Assembly (NCBI GenBank): GCA_903887325.1
Contig: CAISPG010000093.1
Span: forward strand, 9,931-73,930
DNA length: 64,000 nt
Source: an uncultured Burkholderiales bacterium
GTDB lineage: Bacteria > Pseudomonadota > Gammaproteobacteria > Burkholderiales > Burkholderiaceae_C
Reading direction: 5' to 3'
Positions 60,512 through 64,000 of this stretch are shown one piece after another (the stretch's first letter is position 1; every line of letters starts with the position of its first letter). Position numbers and translations under genes: made by a program. The notes beneath the pieces were generated by a model. The model was not told the origin of the DNA and did not search any database. It saw only the letters and a program-made list of their open reading frames with translations.

Positions 60512-61324
60512 TCAGTCATTGATGGGCTGTATGTCAACAAGCCCCATCAAAACGGGCTTGACCAGTATTTGGTAGGTATCTGCATCGAACCCCCCGGTTG
60601 ATTTGCTCAAGGGCAGGTAAGACCGGTTGTCAGAGCACCAGGTTCCCAAGTAGGACCAATTTTCAATCCGGTGCTTTTGCGTCCATGAGCCTCTTTGTTC
60701 CAAAAGATCAACCGCACCTTTGAACGGCCAAGTATGAATTTGAAGTTGTTGCAAGGCCGCACGCAATCTGTCGTCATGCACTGCACGGGATTCTTGCCCG
60801 ACACAGGCACCGGCGCATTGTTTGGTTTGCCAGCCAAAGCACCCACGCGATGCTGTCTTTTCCAGTCCGAGCAATTGCATGCACAAACGATGTTGTGCGG
60901 CCAGCGAGTGAAGTTTTTGTTTCGCAGCATGCATGGATGAAAACAAGCCATACAAACCCGGCGTGATGCCGTGCTGTACGTGTCTGCCGTCGACCAGTGC
61001 CGGTCGCAAGCCTTCGGGCTCTTGAATGAGTTGCACACTGCACAGAGATTTCAATCGACGCAAGCGCTGGTTAAACAGCGGGCTTTGCGTTTTGATCAGA
61101 TGCGACTCCAAGAGCAGCGCGCCGATTTCACCGGCGGTCTCCATGCAAGTGATGTGTCGGGTTTGCGCCAGCATGCGTTCTTCATCCGGATTGCGCAGGT
61201 GTGACATGACGCGCGAGCGTATATCCACACTTTTGCCTATGTACAGCGGCAAGCTGCTGTCGCCATGAAAAATATACACGCCAGGTGCATGCGGTAACTG
61301 ACTGACGCATTCGGTTAAGGGCAT
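60512..61324 (-). CDS. cho: Cho-like GIY-YIG excinuclease (UvrC N-terminal homologue)
   Basis: LPHAPGVYIF...PLYIGKSVDIRSRV.SH, TAGEIGALLLES.LIK..PLFNQRLR; Cys cluster C..LLGLE..C...C.GAC.G.E. Confidence 0.78.
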   Translation of the reverse strand: MPLTECVSQLPHAPGVYIFHGDSSLPLYIGKSVDIRSRVMSHLRNPDEERMLAQTRHITCMETAGEIGALLLESHLIKTQSPLFNQRLRRLKSLCSVQLIQEPEGLRPALVDGRHVQHGITPGLYGLFSSMHAAKQKLHSLAAQHRLCMQLLGLEKTASRGCFGWQTKQCAGACVGQESRAVHDDRLRAALQQLQIHTWPFKGAVDLLEQRGSWTQKHRIENWSYLGTWCSDNRSYLPLSKSTGGFDADTYQILVKPVLMGLVDIQPIND

Positions 61325-61375
61325 GCAGGGGTTATATCGCTTTGCCAAACCGGCTGTCTATAATTTGGGCATTTG

Positions 61376-62473
61376 ATGAGCTACTTAAAACACATCCGCC
61401 ACGACCTGCAGGACATGCAGGCTTACACCGTGCAAGACGCTGTCGGCATGGTCAAGCTGGACGCGATGGAGAACCCGCATCGACTTTCCCCGGATTTGCA
61501 AGCGCAATTGGGCGCTCGCTTAGGCGCAGTGGCTGTGAACCGTTATCCCGGCAGCCGTATTGACGATTTGAAACAAGCCATTGCCATACACACCGGCATG
61601 CCCGAAGGCTACAGCCTGATGCTGGGTAACGGCTCAGACGAATTGATTTCATTGTTGTCATTGGCTTGCCAGACGCCCGGCGCAGTCGCACTGGCGCCTG
61701 AGCCCGGCTTTGTCATGTACGCCATGAGCGCCAAATTGCAAGGTCTGCGCTATGTGCCTGTCGCTTTGCGCGAGGACTTTGAATTAGACGAAGCGGCCAT
61801 GTCCGAGGCGATCGCCGCACACCAACCGGCCATTATGTATTTGGCGTATCCCAACAACCCAACCGCCAATTTGTGGGACTCGCAAGTCATGCGTCGCCTG
61901 ATTGCGCAGGTGTCGGCCTATGGTGGCTGGGTGGTGCTGGACGAGGCTTACCAGCCGTTTTCGTCTGAAACCTGGCTGGAAGAAATCAAGCGGGATCCTT
62001 CAGCAAACGCACAAGTGCTGTTGATGCGCACCCTCTCCAAATTTGGTCTGGCAGGCGTGCGCATAGGCTACATGTTGGCGCCCGACAAAGTGATTCAGCA
62101 GTTAGACAAAATCCGCCCGCCTTACAACATCAGTGTGTTGAACGCCGAATGCGCTTTGTTTGCGCTGGAACACGCAGACGTGTTTGAAAAGCAGGCCGCT
62201 GACGTCTGCCATGAACGCGAACGCATGCTGAAACAACTGGCTGCTTACCCCGGCGTAACCTTCTACCCCAGTCAGGCAAATATGTTTTTGCTGCGCTTGC
62301 AAGGCGACGACGAAGCGGCCACGCAGGTGTTCAATGCCTTGAAGGCCAGAAACATACTCGTGAAGAACGTTTCTAAAATGCACCCTGTATTGCACCATTG
62401 CCTGCGCATCACCGTAGGCACCTCGACAGAAAACGACCAGCTGCTAACTGCGCTGAAAGAGATACTGGCTTGA
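61376..62473 (+). CDS. hisC: histidinol-phosphate aminotransferase
   Basis: KLDAMENP, GNGSDELI, YPNNPTAN, LDEAY, RTLSKFGLAGVRIGY, LRITVGT. Confidence 0.95.
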   Translation: MSYLKHIRHDLQDMQAYTVQDAVGMVKLDAMENPHRLSPDLQAQLGARLGAVAVNRYPGSRIDDLKQAIAIHTGMPEGYSLMLGNGSDELISLLSLACQTPGAVALAPEPGFVMYAMSAKLQGLRYVPVALREDFELDEAAMSEAIAAHQPAIMYLAYPNNPTANLWDSQVMRRLIAQVSAYGGWVVLDEAYQPFSSETWLEEIKRDPSANAQVLLMRTLSKFGLAGVRIGYMLAPDKVIQQLDKIRPPYNISVLNAECALFALEHADVFEKQAADVCHERERMLKQLAAYPGVTFYPSQANMFLLRLQGDDEAATQVFNALKARNILVKNVSKMHPVLHHCLRITVGTSTENDQLLTALKEILA

Positions 62474-62500
62474 CAGCCGGGCTTCACACCAAAGACCACC

Positions 62501-63094
62501 ATGACTGAACGCATAGCCGAAGTACACCGCGACACCAAGGAAACCCAAATTCAAGTGCGGGTCAACCTCGACGGCACGGGCCAGTCCGACTTATCCACCG
62601 GCATCGGTTTTTTTGACCACATGCTGGACCAGATCGCGCGTCACGGCTTGATCGACCTCAGTATCAAAGCCACCGGCGATTTGCATATTGATGGACACCA
62701 CACGGTGGAAGACGTAGGCATTACTCTGGGCCAGGCGGTGGCGCAAGCCGTCGGTGACAAAAAAGGCATTCGCCGTTATGGCCATGCGTATGTGCCGCTG
62801 GACGAAGCGCTCAGCCGCGTGGTGGTGGATTTTTCGGGTCGCCCGGGGCTGGAAATGCACGTGCCTTTCAAGAGCGGCATGATCGGCCACTTCGATTCCC
62901 AACTGGCCTTTGAGTTTTTCCAGGGCTTTGTGAATCACGCTTTCGTCACTTTGCATATTGACAACCTGCGCGGCGAAAACGCCCACCACCAGGCTGAAAC
63001 CGTGTTCAAGGCTTTCGGACGGGCGCTGCGCGCGGCGACTGAACTCGACCCGCGCTCAGCCGGTGTGATCCCTTCTACCAAAGGCTCGCTCTAA
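62501..63094 (+). CDS. hisB: imidazoleglycerol-phosphate dehydratase
   Basis: [43 protein letters not shown]. Confidence 0.97.
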   Translation: MTERIAEVHRDTKETQIQVRVNLDGTGQSDLSTGIGFFDHMLDQIARHGLIDLSIKATGDLHIDGHHTVEDVGITLGQAVAQAVGDKKGIRRYGHAYVPLDEALSRVVVDFSGRPGLEMHVPFKSGMIGHFDSQLAFEFFQGFVNHAFVTLHIDNLRGENAHHQAETVFKAFGRALRAATELDPRSAGVIPSTKGSL

Positions 63095-63105
63095 GCTCTA
63101 TCTAT

Positions 63106-63759
63106 ATGGCAAGCGTCGCGGTTATTGATTACGGCATGGGCAATTTGCGCTCGGTGGCGCAAGCCGTCATGGCGGCGGCCCAGGGCAGCGGCGTTGAAGT
63201 CATCATCACCGCCGACCCAGCCCAGGTGCGCCAAGCCGATCGCGTGGTGTTGCCGGGGCAGGGCGCCATGCGCGACTGCATGCGCGAATTGCACGACAGC
63301 GGCTTGCTGCCCGAAGTGCTGCACGCGGCGGCCCACAAACCCTTGTTTGGTGTGTGTGTCGGCATGCAAATGCTGCTGGATCACAGCGCCGAAGGGGCCG
63401 CCGGCGGCACGGATTGTCTGGGCCTGATTCCCGGCAACGTGGTGAAGTTCGAGCTCGCCGGGCAATTGCAGCCGGACGGCAGCCGCTACAAAGTCCCGCA
63501 AATGGGCTGGAACCGGGTGCACCAGACCCGGCCTCACCCGGTCTGGGCCGGCGTGCCGGACAACAGTTATTTCTATTTTGTGCACAGTTTTTACGCCAAG
63601 CCGTTAGATGTGCGCCACACCGCAGGGGTAAGCGATTACGGCCAGGGCTTTACCTCAGCGGTTTCAAGGGATAATATTTTCGCAACCCAGTTTCACCCTG
63701 AAAAAAGCGCTGACATGGGCCTGATGCTTTACCGCAATTTCCTTTCCTGGTCTCCCTGA
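63106..63759 (+). CDS. hisH: imidazole glycerol phosphate synthase glutaminase subunit
   Basis: [41 protein letters not shown]. Confidence 0.96.
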   Translation: MASVAVIDYGMGNLRSVAQAVMAAAQGSGVEVIITADPAQVRQADRVVLPGQGAMRDCMRELHDSGLLPEVLHAAAHKPLFGVCVGMQMLLDHSAEGAAGGTDCLGLIPGNVVKFELAGQLQPDGSRYKVPQMGWNRVHQTRPHPVWAGVPDNSYFYFVHSFYAKPLDVRHTAGVSDYGQGFTSAVSRDNIFATQFHPEKSADMGLMLYRNFLSWSP

Positions 63760-63795
63760 TCGACCTTAAGTTTCTGTCTCCCACCACCATCTCTT

Positions 63796-64000
63796 ATGTT
63801 GCTTATCCCCGCGATTGACCTGAAAGACGGTCATTGTGTCCGCCTGAAACAAGGCGACATGGAACAGTCCACCATCTTCAGCGAAGACCCCGCCGACATG
63901 GCCTTGCAATGGGTCAACAAAGGTGCCAGGCGCTTGCATTTGGTGGATTTGAACGGCGCGTTTGCCGGCAAGCCGCAAAATTACAGCGCGATACGCAGCA
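63796..64000 (+). CDS. hisA: ProFAR isomerase, 5' part (runs off window)
   Basis: read by hand: [22 protein letters not shown]...[14 protein letters not shown]. Confidence 0.93.
   Translation, partial: MLLIPAIDLKDGHCVRLKQGDMEQSTIFSEDPADMALQWVNKGARRLHLVDLNGAFAGKPQNYSAIRS

Noticed and set aside
63106-63560. Higher GC in the 5' part of hisH (40-42 of 60 in two hand-counted lines) as a recombined patch
   Set aside because: Within the range seen in other core genes here (40 of 60 in a glmS line) and explained by Ala/Gly-rich sequence.
1-64000. CRISPR arrays, tRNA or rRNA genes, intact IS elements, prophage genes
   Set aside because: No spaced direct repeats, cloverleaf or rRNA signatures, transposase or phage structural ORFs recognised; intergenic gaps are short and accounted for.

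Overview
Mostly core chromosome of a betaproteobacterium (Burkholderiales, Comamonadaceae-like; inferred from gene content and order). In order: can-aceK-thiolase-methylcrotonyl-CoA carboxylase (liu-like) cluster; an MFS symporter; livHMGF; a tandem-duplicated UvrA of about 1990 aa; a GT9-GtrA-ArnT-like envelope cluster facing a BNR-repeat protein and a membrane protein; prfC; an orphan hybrid kinase; an SAH riboswitch with ahcY-tlyA-metF; rlmJ; rplM-rpsI; erpA; anmK and an M23 peptidase; tyrS; dbpA; an AbrB/PIN toxin-antitoxin pair; ybeY-phoH; ruvAB; a TetR-led fatty-acid gene remnant; an ATM1-like ABC exporter; slt; glmU-glmS; a short accessory stretch; cho-like nuclease; hisC-B-H-A. The most unusual feature is an AT-rich stretch of about 650 bp directly after glmS. 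It contains a small ORF resembling a stand-alone serine-recombinase DNA-binding domain and the broken C-terminus of a probable large serine recombinase, and that reading frame ends in the same peptide as GlmS (SVTVE-stop) using different synonymous codons. This looks like the collapsed remnant of a non-Tn7, recombinase-based element that targets the glmS 3' end. Other leads: an apparent ATC start codon for livH, 11-bp-phased repeats upstream of the MFS gene, an IscR-type box at erpA, a hairpin hiding the RBS and start of a peroxiredoxin, a lipoprotein cyclophilin with an extra domain, and several probably leaderless genes. No tRNA, rRNA, CRISPR array or intact IS was seen. All family assignments come from motif recognition by eye; no database searches were run.
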